From: Gammaproteobacteria bacterium
Lineage (GTDB): Bacteria > Pseudomonadota > Gammaproteobacteria > Pseudomonadales > Azotimanducaceae
Direction of reading: 5' to 3'
Assembly: GCA_030433075.1 (NCBI GenBank)
Contig: JAUILI010000003.1
Span: forward strand, 9,596 to 73,595
Length of the DNA: 64,000 nt
Shown: positions 18,712 to 27,608 of the stretch, in pieces
Layout: each line of letters begins with the position of its first letter
Position numbering within the stretch: position 1 is the first letter of the stretch
Made by a program: the position numbers and the translations under genes
Notes under the pieces: model-generated
What the model saw: the letters and a program-made list of their open reading frames with translations, nothing else
Database searches by the model: none
Told to the model about the DNA's origin: nothing

Positions 18712-20109
18712 ATGAGCGAAGGCGGCGCAAAACTTTGGGGCGGACGCTTTACGGAAGCCACCGATGCCTTCGTGGAGCGCTTCACCGCTTCCATTGGCTT
18801 CGATCAGCGCTTGGCCCGGCACGACATCGCGGGTTCCCGCGCTCACGCCACCATGCTCGCGGAGCAGGGCGTGCTCACGGCGGAGGAGCGCGACGCCATT
18901 CTGGCGGGCCTTGGGGAAATTGAAGCGGCCATCGAAGCCGGGTCCTTCCCCTGGGCCGTCGAACTCGAAGACGTCCATATGAACATCGAAGCCCGGCTGA
19001 CGGAGCGCATTGGTGCCGCCGGGAAGAAGTTGCATACGGGGCGCTCCCGGAACGATCAGGTGGCGACGGATATCCGCCTCTGGCTGCGCGACGCTATCGA
19101 TGCCCTCGATGTCGAGCTCGTGCGCCTCTGCGAGGGGCTGCTCGCCCAAGCCGAGGCCAACGCCGATACCATCATGCCGGGCTTCACCCATTTGCAGACG
19201 GCCCAGCCCGTCACGCTGGGCCATCATTTTCTAGCCTGGTTTGAGATGCTGCTTCGCGATCGCTCCCGCCTTCAGGATTGCCGGAAGCGCTTAAATGCCT
19301 GCCCCCTGGGGGCCGCGGCCCTCGCGGGCACCACCTTTCCCATCAACCGGGAACGGACCGCGGCCCTGCTCGGCTTTGATCGGGTGGTGGAGAATTCCCT
19401 GGATGCGGTGAGCGACCGGGACTTCGCCATGGAGTTCACCGCCTGGGCCAGCATCACCATGGTGCACCTTTCGCGCTTCTCGGAAGAGCTCATTCTTTGG
19501 GCCTCGGCGCAGTTTGCCTTTATCGATCTGCCCGATCGCTTTTGCACCGGCTCCTCGATCATGCCCCAGAAGAAGAACCCCGACGTGCCCGAGCTGGTGC
19601 GGGGTAAGAGCGGTCGCGTGGTGGGGCACCTCATGGCCCTGCTGATGCTTATGAAGGGGCAGCCCCTGGCCTATAACAAGGATAACCAGGAGGACAAGGA
19701 GCCCCTTTTCGACTGCGTGGATACGCTGTCCGATTGCCTGCGGGCCTTCGCCGATATGGTGCCGGCGCTGGTGCCCCGGGTTGCGGCCCTCCGGGAAGCG
19801 GCCATCTCCGGCTTTGCCACGGCAACGGACCTCGCCGATTACCTGGTCCGCGCTGGCCTGCCCTTCCGGGATGCCCACGAAGTGGTGGGGCGCGCCGTGG
19901 CCCATGCGGTCACCGCCGAATGCGATCTCGCGGAGCTGTCCTTGGAAACTCTCCAAGGCTTCTCCGACCGCATCGGGGAAGACGTCTACGCCGTGCTGAC
20001 GGTGGAAGGCTCCGTGGCGGCCCGGGATCACTTCGGGGCCACCGCGCCGTCCCAGGTCCGCGCCGCCGTGGCTCGGGGTCGGGAGCGCCTGGCCCAGGGG
20101 CTGCTATGA
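18712..20109 (+). CDS. argH: Argininosuccinate lyase
   Basis: Start at [15 protein letters not shown]. Fumarate-lyase signature [12 protein letters not shown]. Confidence 0.96.
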   Translation: MSEGGAKLWGGRFTEATDAFVERFTASIGFDQRLARHDIAGSRAHATMLAEQGVLTAEERDAILAGLGEIEAAIEAGSFPWAVELEDVHMNIEARLTERIGAAGKKLHTGRSRNDQVATDIRLWLRDAIDALDVELVRLCEGLLAQAEANADTIMPGFTHLQTAQPVTLGHHFLAWFEMLLRDRSRLQDCRKRLNACPLGAAALAGTTFPINRERTAALLGFDRVVENSLDAVSDRDFAMEFTAWASITMVHLSRFSEELILWASAQFAFIDLPDRFCTGSSIMPQKKNPDVPELVRGKSGRVVGHLMALLMLMKGQPLAYNKDNQEDKEPLFDCVDTLSDCLRAFADMVPALVPRVAALREAAISGFATATDLADYLVRAGLPFRDAHEVVGRAVAHAVTAECDLAELSLETLQGFSDRIGEDVYAVLTVEGSVAARDHFGATAPSQVRAAVARGRERLAQGLL

Positions 20110-20154
20110 TGCGGCGCCGTCCCCTTCTGCCTACCTGTTTCGGGAGCTGACCCC

Positions 20155-20265
20155 ATGCTGCGACTCGCCCTTTTTGCTGTGCTCCTGTCCGGAGCGGTGG
20201 CCAGCTGCGGTATCAAGGGGCCCCTGTCAGCCCCGGGCCAGGGTGACGCCCAGGTGCAGGGGTAG
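20155..20265 (+). CDS. lptM: Small lipoprotein LptM/YifL (LppL-like)
   Basis: Hand-translated 36 aa: MLRLALFAVLLSGAVASCGIKGPLSAPGQGDAQVQG. Lipobox-like VASC followed by the family motif CGxKGPL. Conserved position immediately upstream of lysA-dapF. Confidence 0.6.
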   Translation: MLRLALFAVLLSGAVASCGIKGPLSAPGQGDAQVQG

Positions 20266-20269
20266 GCCC

Positions 20270-21535
20270 GTGCTTGGCTCCTTCGCCTACGAGGGCGGAA
20301 CCCTCTGCGCCGGGACGGTGCCCCTCGCGCCCCTCGCCGAGCGCTACGGCACGCCGCTCTATGTCTATGATTTTGATGCCATTGCGGCGCGCTACGGCGC
20401 CTTTTCCCAGGCCCTCGGGGATCAACCCCATCGCATCTGCTATGCCGTCAAGGCCAACAGTAACCTGGCCTTGCTGGCGCGCCTGGCGCGCCTAGGCTCG
20501 GGCTTTGACATCGTGTCCGGAGGCGAGCTCGCCCGGGTGCTGGCCGCCGGCGGCGATCCGGCGAAGATCGTCTTTTCCGGGGTAGGGAAAAGCAGCGCAG
20601 AGCTTAAGGCCGCCCTCGATGCGAACATAGGCTGCTTCAACGTGGAATCGGAGCCGGAGCTCTGGCGCCTGGCGGCGCTGGCGGAGGCGGCCGGGGTCGA
20701 AGCGCCCGTGTCCCTGCGGGTCAACCCGGACGTGGACCCGAAAACCCACCCCTATATTTCCACGGGCCTGAAGGACAACAAATTCGGGCTGGCGGTGGAC
20801 CGGGCCGCGGCCCTCTACCCGCGCATTGCCGCCCACCCGGGGCTTCGTGCCGTGGGCATCGATTTCCATATCGGCTCCCAGCTCACCACCCTAGAGCCCT
20901 TTATCGACGCCCTGCGCCGGGTGCTTGCGCTGGTTGATCAGCTGGATGCAGACGGCCTTACCCTCTCCCACATCGATGTGGGGGGCGGTCTTGGGGTGCG
21001 CTATGACGATGAAGCGCCCCCTTCCGCCGCGGCCTATGCCGCGGGGCTGAAGGGCGCCCTCCAGGGCCGGCCCCAAACGCTCGTGCTTGAGCCCGGCCGC
21101 TGGCTGGTGGCCGAGGCCGGCGCGCTGCTCACCACCGTAGAGTACGAAAAGCATCACGAAGGAAAGCGCTTTCTGATTGTGGATGCGGCCATGACGGAGC
21201 TCCTCCGTCCGGCGCTTTACGACGCCTGGCATCCTATCGTGCCCCTCGTCGAGCCCGCCGCCGATGCCGAGGGTGCCCCCGCGGACGTGGTGGGCCCGGT
21301 GTGCGAATCCTCCGACGTGCTGGGAAGGGATCGCCCCCTGGCTGTTGGGGAAGGGGATGGCCTGGCCATTCTCGGCGCCGGCGCCTACGGCTTCGGCATG
21401 GCCTCGAACTACAACACCCGAAATCGTCCCGCGGAGGTGCTCCTGGAGGCTGGGCAGGCGCACCTGGTGCGACGCCGGGAGCGCTACGAAGATCAATTCG
21501 CCCTGGAAAGCCTTGCGTTGCCGGGGGGCGAGTGA
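20270..21535 (+). CDS. lysA: Diaminopimelate decarboxylase
   Basis: PLP-lysine motif YAVKANSN. Start chosen at GTG 20270 (VLGSFAYEGG...). The ORF-track start at 20174 would overlap lptM. Confidence 0.95.
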   Translation: MLGSFAYEGGTLCAGTVPLAPLAERYGTPLYVYDFDAIAARYGAFSQALGDQPHRICYAVKANSNLALLARLARLGSGFDIVSGGELARVLAAGGDPAKIVFSGVGKSSAELKAALDANIGCFNVESEPELWRLAALAEAAGVEAPVSLRVNPDVDPKTHPYISTGLKDNKFGLAVDRAAALYPRIAAHPGLRAVGIDFHIGSQLTTLEPFIDALRRVLALVDQLDADGLTLSHIDVGGGLGVRYDDEAPPSAAAYAAGLKGALQGRPQTLVLEPGRWLVAEAGALLTTVEYEKHHEGKRFLIVDAAMTELLRPALYDAWHPIVPLVEPAADAEGAPADVVGPVCESSDVLGRDRPLAVGEGDGLAILGAGAYGFGMASNYNTRNRPAEVLLEAGQAHLVRRRERYEDQFALESLALPGGE

Positions 21536-22374
21536 AACTCAGCTTCACCAAAATGCACGGCCTCGGGAACGACTTCGCCGTGGTCGATCTCTTGACCCAG
21601 CGCGCCAAGCTGAGCCCGGCGCAAATCGCGGCCCTCGCCGATCGGCACCGGGGCATCGGCTTCGACCAGCTGCTGGCGGTGGAGCCCCCGCGACGACCGG
21701 AAGCGGACTTTCGCTATCGCATCTTTAATACGGACGGCTCGGAGGCCGAGCAGTGCGGTAACGGCGCCCGGTGCTTTGCCCGCTTTGTGGTGGAGCGGGG
21801 GCTGACGAAAAAGCAGACCCTGGTGCTTGAGGTCCCCCGAGGCACCATCACCGCCACGCTTCAGGAGCAGGGCTGGGTTGAAGTTGATATGGGGGCGCCG
21901 AGCTTTGCTCTCGATGCATTCCCCGTCACCCTCGGTCCCCGGGCCAAGGCCCAGGGCCTCTCCGTGGAACTCAGCACGGACGTCGGGCCCGCAACACTTA
22001 CTCTCGTGTCCATGGGTAACCCCCATGGGGTGGTCTTTGTTCCGTCCGTGGCGGACGCCCCCGTGGAAACCCTAGGGGCGGCGCTCCAGGCCCACGAGGC
22101 GTTTCCGGAAAGCTTAAACGTGGGGTTCTGCGAAGTGGTGGATCGCAAGCATCTCCGCCTTCGCGTCTTCGAGCGTGGGGTCGGGGAAACGCAAGCCTGT
22201 GGCTCGGGCGCCTGCGCGGCGGTGGCGGCGGCGCGAGAGCAGGGCTGGTTGGGGGACGAGGTCACCGTCACCCTTCCCGGCGGAGCTCTGCGCCTGCGCT
22301 GGCAGGGTCCTGGCGCCCCTCTTTTGATGGCTGGCCCTACGGCGGTCGTTTACGAAGGACAAGTTCGACTATGA
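21532..22374 (+). CDS. dapF: Diaminopimelate epimerase
   Basis: VKLSFTKMHGLGNDF start, GTGA overlap with lysA. Catalytic Cys motifs AEQCGNGARC and ACGSGACA. Confidence 0.95.
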   Translation: MKLSFTKMHGLGNDFAVVDLLTQRAKLSPAQIAALADRHRGIGFDQLLAVEPPRRPEADFRYRIFNTDGSEAEQCGNGARCFARFVVERGLTKKQTLVLEVPRGTITATLQEQGWVEVDMGAPSFALDAFPVTLGPRAKAQGLSVELSTDVGPATLTLVSMGNPHGVVFVPSVADAPVETLGAALQAHEAFPESLNVGFCEVVDRKHLRLRVFERGVGETQACGSGACAAVAAAREQGWLGDEVTVTLPGGALRLRWQGPGAPLLMAGPTAVVYEGQVRL

Positions 22375-23033
22375 CGGAAGCGGCAGTGGTGGCCTTTCTC
22401 GAGGCCAACCCGGATTTTTTTCAACGGCAGCCTGAACTGCTGAACAAACTGGAGCTCCCCCACGAGGTGCCCGGGGCTACGTCCCTGGTGACGCGCCAGC
22501 TAGGGGCGCTTCGGGAGCGTAACCAGGCCCTTCGGGCGCGCCTGGGGGATGTGCTGGAAAGCGCCGAGAGCAATCACGCGCTCTTTGAGGCCACCCTGAA
22601 TGCCACGCAAGCGCTGCTGGCCCTGTCCCGAAGCGTGCGCGGCGCGGAGGCCCTGGCCATTCTCCGAACCCATTTTGCCGCTGACGCCATCGCCCTGAAG
22701 GCGGTGGTCCCGGAGGGGGCGGTAAGCCCCGTGCCGGCGCTCCCGGTGGTGAGCGCGCGAGCGCTGGAAAGCACCCTGGGGCCCTTGCTTCAGGAGGGGC
22801 CCGCCTGCGGGGCCCTCCGCCCGGAGGAGCAGACCCTCCTGTTCGACGAGGCGCGCTATCCCTCGGCGATCTTTGCCCGCTTCTCCCTTGGGCAGGGCGC
22901 GCTCCTGCTGGCCTTCGGCAGCCGCGATGGAGGCCACTTCACCGCTGCCATGGGCACGTTGTTCTTCGAATTTTTGGGCCAAACCCTCGCGGCCCTGCTC
23001 GACCCCGCGCCTTCGGGCGATCGGGAGCGCTAG
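22371..23033 (+). CDS. yigA: DUF484 (YigA) family protein
   Basis: 220 aa. N-terminus VVAFLEANPDFFQRQPELL is typical of the family. Conserved dapF-yigA-xerC position. Confidence 0.75.
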   Translation: MTEAAVVAFLEANPDFFQRQPELLNKLELPHEVPGATSLVTRQLGALRERNQALRARLGDVLESAESNHALFEATLNATQALLALSRSVRGAEALAILRTHFAADAIALKAVVPEGAVSPVPALPVVSARALESTLGPLLQEGPACGALRPEEQTLLFDEARYPSAIFARFSLGQGALLLAFGSRDGGHFTAAMGTLFFEFLGQTLAALLDPAPSGDRER

Positions 23034-23039
23034 CCGTTT

Positions 23040-23960
23040 ATGGCGCCCGTGGAAGCTTTCCTCGAGCGCCTCGCGCGGGAAGCCCAGCTGTCGCCCCGCA
23101 CCGTGGAAGGCTATCGCCGGGACCTCGCCCGCTTCCACGACTGGTGGGAGGGTTCGGGGCGCGGGGCTGGGGACTACGCCGCCCTCACGGCGCATGATCT
23201 TCGGGCGTTTGTTGCGGCGGAGCACGGCCGGGGCCTGGGCAGCAAGAGCATCGCCCGCGCCCTTGCCGCGTTGCGCAGCTTCTTTCGTTACCTGATTCAG
23301 GAAGCGGACCTGCCCCGGAACCCCGCGGAGGGGGTGAGGCCGCCGCGCGGGGCCCGGCGCCTGCCGCGAACCCTCGACGTAGATGCCATGGCTCAGCTCC
23401 TCACCCCGGAGGGGGAGGGCGAACCCTGGCTGGCCTGCCGGGATCAGGCGATCTTCGAGCTCTTCTACTCCAGTGGGCTGCGGCTGGCGGAGCTGGTGGG
23501 CCTCAACGTAGAGGATTGCGATCTTGCGGAGGGGCTGGTGCAGGTGACGGGGAAGGGCCAGAAAACCCGCCGCGTGCCCCTCGGGGGGGCGGCTCGGGAG
23601 GCGATCCTCGTCTGGCGCCGCTTTCGCGCTGAACGCTTCCCGGCCCAGCCCCTGGAGCGGGGGCCGCTCTTTCTTTCCGCTCGGGGGCAGCGCCTGAGCC
23701 CCCGCAGCGTGCAGGCCCGGCTGAAGGCCCGGGCCCAGGTGCGAGCGCCGGGACAGCGAGTCCATCCCCACGCCCTGCGCCACTCCTTTGCAAGCCACAT
23801 GCTCGAAGCCAGCGGTGATCTGCGCGCGGTGCAGGAGCTTTTGGGCCACGCCGATATCTCGACGACGCAGATCTACACCCACCTCGATTTTTCCCACTTA
23901 AGCGGCGTTTACGATCAAGCCCACCCCCGGGCCCGGCGCCGCACCAAGGACGAGGAATAA
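23040..23960 (+). CDS. xerC: Tyrosine recombinase XerC
   Basis: 306 aa. Catalytic HALRHSFASHML ... TTQIYTHL motif set. Confidence 0.92.
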   Translation: MAPVEAFLERLAREAQLSPRTVEGYRRDLARFHDWWEGSGRGAGDYAALTAHDLRAFVAAEHGRGLGSKSIARALAALRSFFRYLIQEADLPRNPAEGVRPPRGARRLPRTLDVDAMAQLLTPEGEGEPWLACRDQAIFELFYSSGLRLAELVGLNVEDCDLAEGLVQVTGKGQKTRRVPLGGAAREAILVWRRFRAERFPAQPLERGPLFLSARGQRLSPRSVQARLKARAQVRAPGQRVHPHALRHSFASHMLEASGDLRAVQELLGHADISTTQIYTHLDFSHLSGVYDQAHPRARRRTKDEE

Positions 23961-23963
23961 GCC

Positions 23964-24653
23964 ATGGCCGAACCTCTACGTCTGCTGTGCTTTGATTTGG
24001 ACGATACGCTGTGGCCCGTGCGCCCGGTGATCATCCGCGCGGAACATCGCCTGCGGAATCACCTCGATGCGGTGGCACCCGAGGTTTATCGGCGCCTCAG
24101 CGCGGAGGATTTCACCGCGTTCCGGGAGGCCCGGCTGGCCGCCGATCCCAGCCTCCGGCATCGGCTATCGGCCTTGCGTCGCCTGGTCCTTGAGGATGCG
24201 CTGCGCACCGTCGGCTACGCCGATGCGGAGGCTCGGGCGGTGGAGGCCTTCGAGGTGTTTTTCGATGCGCGCAACGACGTCGCCTATTTCGAAGGCACGC
24301 TGGAAGCGCTTGAGGCCCTATCCCGGCGCTATACCCTGGCGGCCCTCTCCAACGGCAACGCGGATATTCAGCGTCTAGGCTTGGATCACCTCTTCGCCTT
24401 TCACTTCAATGCGGAGGGGGTGGGGGCGCCGAAGCCCCAGCCCGCCATGTTTGAAGCGGCGCTTCAGCGCGCGGGCCTTGGCCCGGAGCAGGCCGTGCAC
24501 ATTGGCGATCACGCCGTGGATGACGTGCAGGGGGCTGCGGCCGTGGGCATGAAAACCGTGTGGGTCAACGAAAGCGGGGCCCCCTGGCCGGGCCCCGGGC
24601 CGGCGCCGGATTGGACCGTCCCCCACGTCCCGGCGCTGCTGGAGATTTTTTAA
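23964..24653 (+). CDS. yigB: HAD-superfamily hydrolase (YigB-like)
   Basis: DxD motif CFDLDDTLW, SNGN, and the distal GDHAVDD motif. Position downstream of xerC. Confidence 0.8.
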   Translation: MAEPLRLLCFDLDDTLWPVRPVIIRAEHRLRNHLDAVAPEVYRRLSAEDFTAFREARLAADPSLRHRLSALRRLVLEDALRTVGYADAEARAVEAFEVFFDARNDVAYFEGTLEALEALSRRYTLAALSNGNADIQRLGLDHLFAFHFNAEGVGAPKPQPAMFEAALQRAGLGPEQAVHIGDHAVDDVQGAAAVGMKTVWVNESGAPWPGPGPAPDWTVPHVPALLEIF

Positions 24654-26020
24654 CTTCGGCCGTGGGCCTCGATAAAGGCTTTGACCGCGTCTTCCGAGGC
24701 AGGAAGGGGAGTGGAGCGCTTCGGCAGCCCAGCGAGCCCTTCCACCCGGGGGTGGGTCGCAACGGGTGCGCCCACGGCGCCATTTACCGCCTCCGGGAAT
24801 TTCGCAGGATGGGCCGTGGCAAGGCACACGAGCGGCTCGTCCCCCTTCCGGAGGGCGCGCCCGGCGGCCACGCCCACGGCCGTATGGGGATCGAGCAAGT
24901 AGCCTTCTTCCTCATGCACCGCCGTGATGGTCGCGAGGGTTTCCTCCCGGCCCACGGCCTGGGCGCAGATGAGATCGTCGATGGGGGCCCCATCGTCCAG
25001 CTGGAACGCGCCCGTTTCCGCAAAGCTTTCCATGGCCCCCCGGAGCGCCTCGGCGTTTTCCCCCAGGCGGTAGAAGAGGAAGCGCTCGAAGTTGCTGGCC
25101 ACCTGGATATCCATGGACGGGCTGATGGTGAATTTCACCTCGCCGCGGGCGTAGCGCCCCGTATTGAAGAATACGGAGAGGATGTCGTTTTCGTTCGTCG
25201 CCAGGATGAGCTGGGTGATCGGCAGGCCCATCTTGGCCGCCAGCCAGCCGGCGAAGATATCCCCAAAGTTCCCCGTGGGGACGGAGAAGGCTAGGGGCTT
25301 TTGCCCCGCGGCGTAGTAGGCATGGAAGTAGTAGACCACCTGAGCCAGCACCCGGGCCCAGTTCACCGAGTTCACGGCGCCGAGGTGCCAGCGGGCCTTG
25401 AAGGGCAAATCCCGGAAGATGCTTTTGAGGATCGCCTGGCAGTCGTCGAAGGTGCCGTCGATGGCGAGGGCGTGGACGTTCTCGTCCGCCACCGTCGTCA
25501 TCTGCAGTTCCTGAATCGGGGACGTTTTCCCCTCCGGGAACATGATGAAGATATCGATGTTATTTCGGCCCCGAGCGCCAGCGATGGCGGCGCTGCCCGT
25601 ATCGCCACTGGTGGCGCCGAGAATGTTCAGGTGCTCCCCCCGGGCTTCGAGGATGTACTCAAAAAGCTGCCCGAGCAGCTGAAGGGCAACGTCCTTGAAG
25701 GCCAGCGTCGGCCCGTGCCAAAGCTCCTGAACGTAGAGATCCTTCAGGGGATGGAGCGGCACCACGGCTTCGCTGTCGAAGGTGGCATAGGCGGCGTTGA
25801 TGAGGCGCCTAAGATCGGCCTCAGGGATATCCCCCACGTAGGGCGATAGCACTTCAAAGGCGAGGTCCGGGAAGGAGAGCCCGGCCCACGCGCCTAGCTT
25901 ATCCCCCACCTGGGGAATGCTTTCTGGAATCAGCAGCCCGCCATCGGAAGCCAGGCCCATGAGGACCGCATCTTGAAAGGCAACGGGCTCCGTTTGCCCT
26001 CGGGTGCTGAAATAACGCAT
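24650..26020 (-). CDS. thrC: Threonine synthase
   Basis: MRYFSTRGQ start (ATG at 26020). PLP-lysine motif GPTLAFKD. Confidence 0.95.
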   Translation of the reverse strand: MRYFSTRGQTEPVAFQDAVLMGLASDGGLLIPESIPQVGDKLGAWAGLSFPDLAFEVLSPYVGDIPEADLRRLINAAYATFDSEAVVPLHPLKDLYVQELWHGPTLAFKDVALQLLGQLFEYILEARGEHLNILGATSGDTGSAAIAGARGRNNIDIFIMFPEGKTSPIQELQMTTVADENVHALAIDGTFDDCQAILKSIFRDLPFKARWHLGAVNSVNWARVLAQVVYYFHAYYAAGQKPLAFSVPTGNFGDIFAGWLAAKMGLPITQLILATNENDILSVFFNTGRYARGEVKFTISPSMDIQVASNFERFLFYRLGENAEALRGAMESFAETGAFQLDDGAPIDDLICAQAVGREETLATITAVHEEEGYLLDPHTAVGVAAGRALRKGDEPLVCLATAHPAKFPEAVNGAVGAPVATHPRVEGLAGLPKRSTPLPASEDAVKAFIEAHGRS

Positions 26021-26081
26021 GGGTTTTGAGTCTCCAGGGGATGCGGGGCGCAGTTTACCCAAGGCAAGGCGGTCTGTCCGG

Positions 26082-27608
26082 CTAGAAGGCCTTCAGCACT
26101 TCCCGCAGCAGGTCCCAGCGGTCGAAGCCTTGCTTCCCCCAATCGAGGCCCCGGCGAACGATCACCAGGTCCTGCTCCGGCAAAATGATGACGTACTGGC
26201 CCCGGTTTCCTGCGGTGGAGAAGGCCGTGGCGGGGACATCGGTGCGTGTGCTGGGCACCAGCCAAAAATGGCCGCCGTAGGCGTTATCGATCGATGCGGA
26301 GGCCGGCGCCGGCGTGCGGACGAAGTCGATCCAGGCGGGGTCCAGGAGCTGCGCCCCGGCAAACACCCCACCCTGGGCATAGAGAAGGCCGAAGCGGGCA
26401 AGATCCCGGGGGCTCGCATAGACCTGGGAGGAGAGGATGAAATCTCCAAAGCGATCGGTGGAGAGGAGCGTTCGATCCATGCCCAGAGGGGTAAGGAGCG
26501 CCTCCCGGGGATAGGTCAGGTAGCGCTCGCCGAGCACGGCCTTCATGGCCCCCACGGCCAACAGCGTGTCGTAGTTTTCGTAATCCCATACGGCGCCGGG
26601 GGTGCGCACGAGGCCCCGGTCCTGGGCGCCGACCTGGCTGCTGGCGCCGGCCCAGTAGGCGAGGCCCGAGCCAATGGCATATTCCCCACCCCAGCTGTCC
26701 ACGGGATAGAGTCCGGAGCTCATGTGGAGCACGTGGCGAAGGGTGATGGCGCGCCGCGGATCGGCGTCGGGGTTCAAGGCTCGGCCCAGGCCCCAGCTCA
26801 GGGGCAGGGGATCGTCCAGGGCCAGCTTGCCTTCGGCCACCAGCAGACCGATGAGGGTCACGGCCAGGCTCTTCGCCGTGGACCAGGTGCGGGTCCGCGT
26901 ATCCTGATCAAAGCCTTCCGCGTAGCGCTCGTGAATGATTTTGCCCCGATGAAGTATCAGGAGCGCCGTGGTGTTTTGCTCCGCCGTGGGGCGATCGAAG
27001 GCCCAGGCGCTGGCGGCGGCGAGGGCGGCTTGATCCACCTCGGGGCCGGGCTCGGCCACGGCGTTGAGGTCGCCCTTGGGCCAGGGGAGGGCGTCGTTCG
27101 CCGTCGCGTCGGGCACCTCCGGCAGCGCCGGCAGGGGGGCGGCCTCCTCGGGGCTCGCATCCGGGGGAAGGACCACACAGCCAATCCCCGGCTGATAGCG
27201 AGCGCTTACGGACTGCTGGCCCAGGGCGCCGATGCGCACGGACCGGTTCGCCCGGTCAACCACGACCTCGGCGCTGGCGTCCCCAGGCTCGCCCACCGTA
27301 GCTGGGCTCCCCAGGGGCGCTTTCAGATAGGCGAGCTCTTCCCGGAATACCGCCTCCAAAGGGCGCTCAGAGGTGAAGACGCCGTTGCAGAGCAGCACCG
27401 CCTGCACCCCGCGCTGAATCATCGCGCGGGGCCCATCAAGATAGGGGAGGTGGCTTTCCGCGGCGGCCGCGGGAAGGGCGCTGGCCGCCAGCGCCAGGGC
27501 TGCGCCCAGGCCTCGGGCGCAGCGCCGGAACCCGCGAAAGGCGGGCTTAGGAGTTGAGGTCGTAAGCCCGCTCACCGTGGGCTGCGTAATCGAGGCCTTC
27601 CACTTCAT
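26082..27608 (-). CDS. Secreted serine hydrolase, beta-lactamase/PBP family
   Basis: SxxK motif (STAK) and YxN motif (YEN). Signal-like N-terminus FRRCARGLGAALALAASALPAAAA. The start is uncertain: ATG 27608 or GTG 27575, both inside the 3' end of amt. Confidence 0.8.
   Translation of the reverse strand: MKWKASITQPTVSGLTTSTPKPAFRGFRRCARGLGAALALAASALPAAAAESHLPYLDGPRAMIQRGVQAVLLCNGVFTSERPLEAVFREELAYLKAPLGSPATVGEPGDASAEVVVDRANRSVRIGALGQQSVSARYQPGIGCVVLPPDASPEEAAPLPALPEVPDATANDALPWPKGDLNAVAEPGPEVDQAALAAASAWAFDRPTAEQNTTALLILHRGKIIHERYAEGFDQDTRTRTWSTAKSLAVTLIGLLVAEGKLALDDPLPLSWGLGRALNPDADPRRAITLRHVLHMSSGLYPVDSWGGEYAIGSGLAYWAGASSQVGAQDRGLVRTPGAVWDYENYDTLLAVGAMKAVLGERYLTYPREALLTPLGMDRTLLSTDRFGDFILSSQVYASPRDLARFGLLYAQGGVFAGAQLLDPAWIDFVRTPAPASASIDNAYGGHFWLVPSTRTDVPATAFSTAGNRGQYVIILPEQDLVIVRRGLDWGKQGFDRWDLLREVLKAF

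Noticed and set aside
20174-20269. ORF-track N-terminal extensions of lysA and other genes
   Set aside because: Besides lysA, this applies to dapF (21301), rep (31036), thrC (26062), MCC-beta (38659), aminotransferase (39941), rho (54104), hemB (56696), the reductase fusion (56630), ABC-F (61737), flhG (12620), cheA (15277) and the OMP gene (44721). The extensions overlap upstream genes or lptM and encode Arg/Pro-rich sequence. Internal starts reproduce the conserved family N-termini and give tidy stop-start junctions.
22500-23897. 465-aa ORF on the minus strand, overlapping yigA and xerC
   Set aside because: It is antisense to genes with clear family motifs (XerC HALRHSF...YTHL). The product is Arg/Gly/Pro/Ala-rich with no motif, which is typical of a shadow ORF in high-GC DNA.
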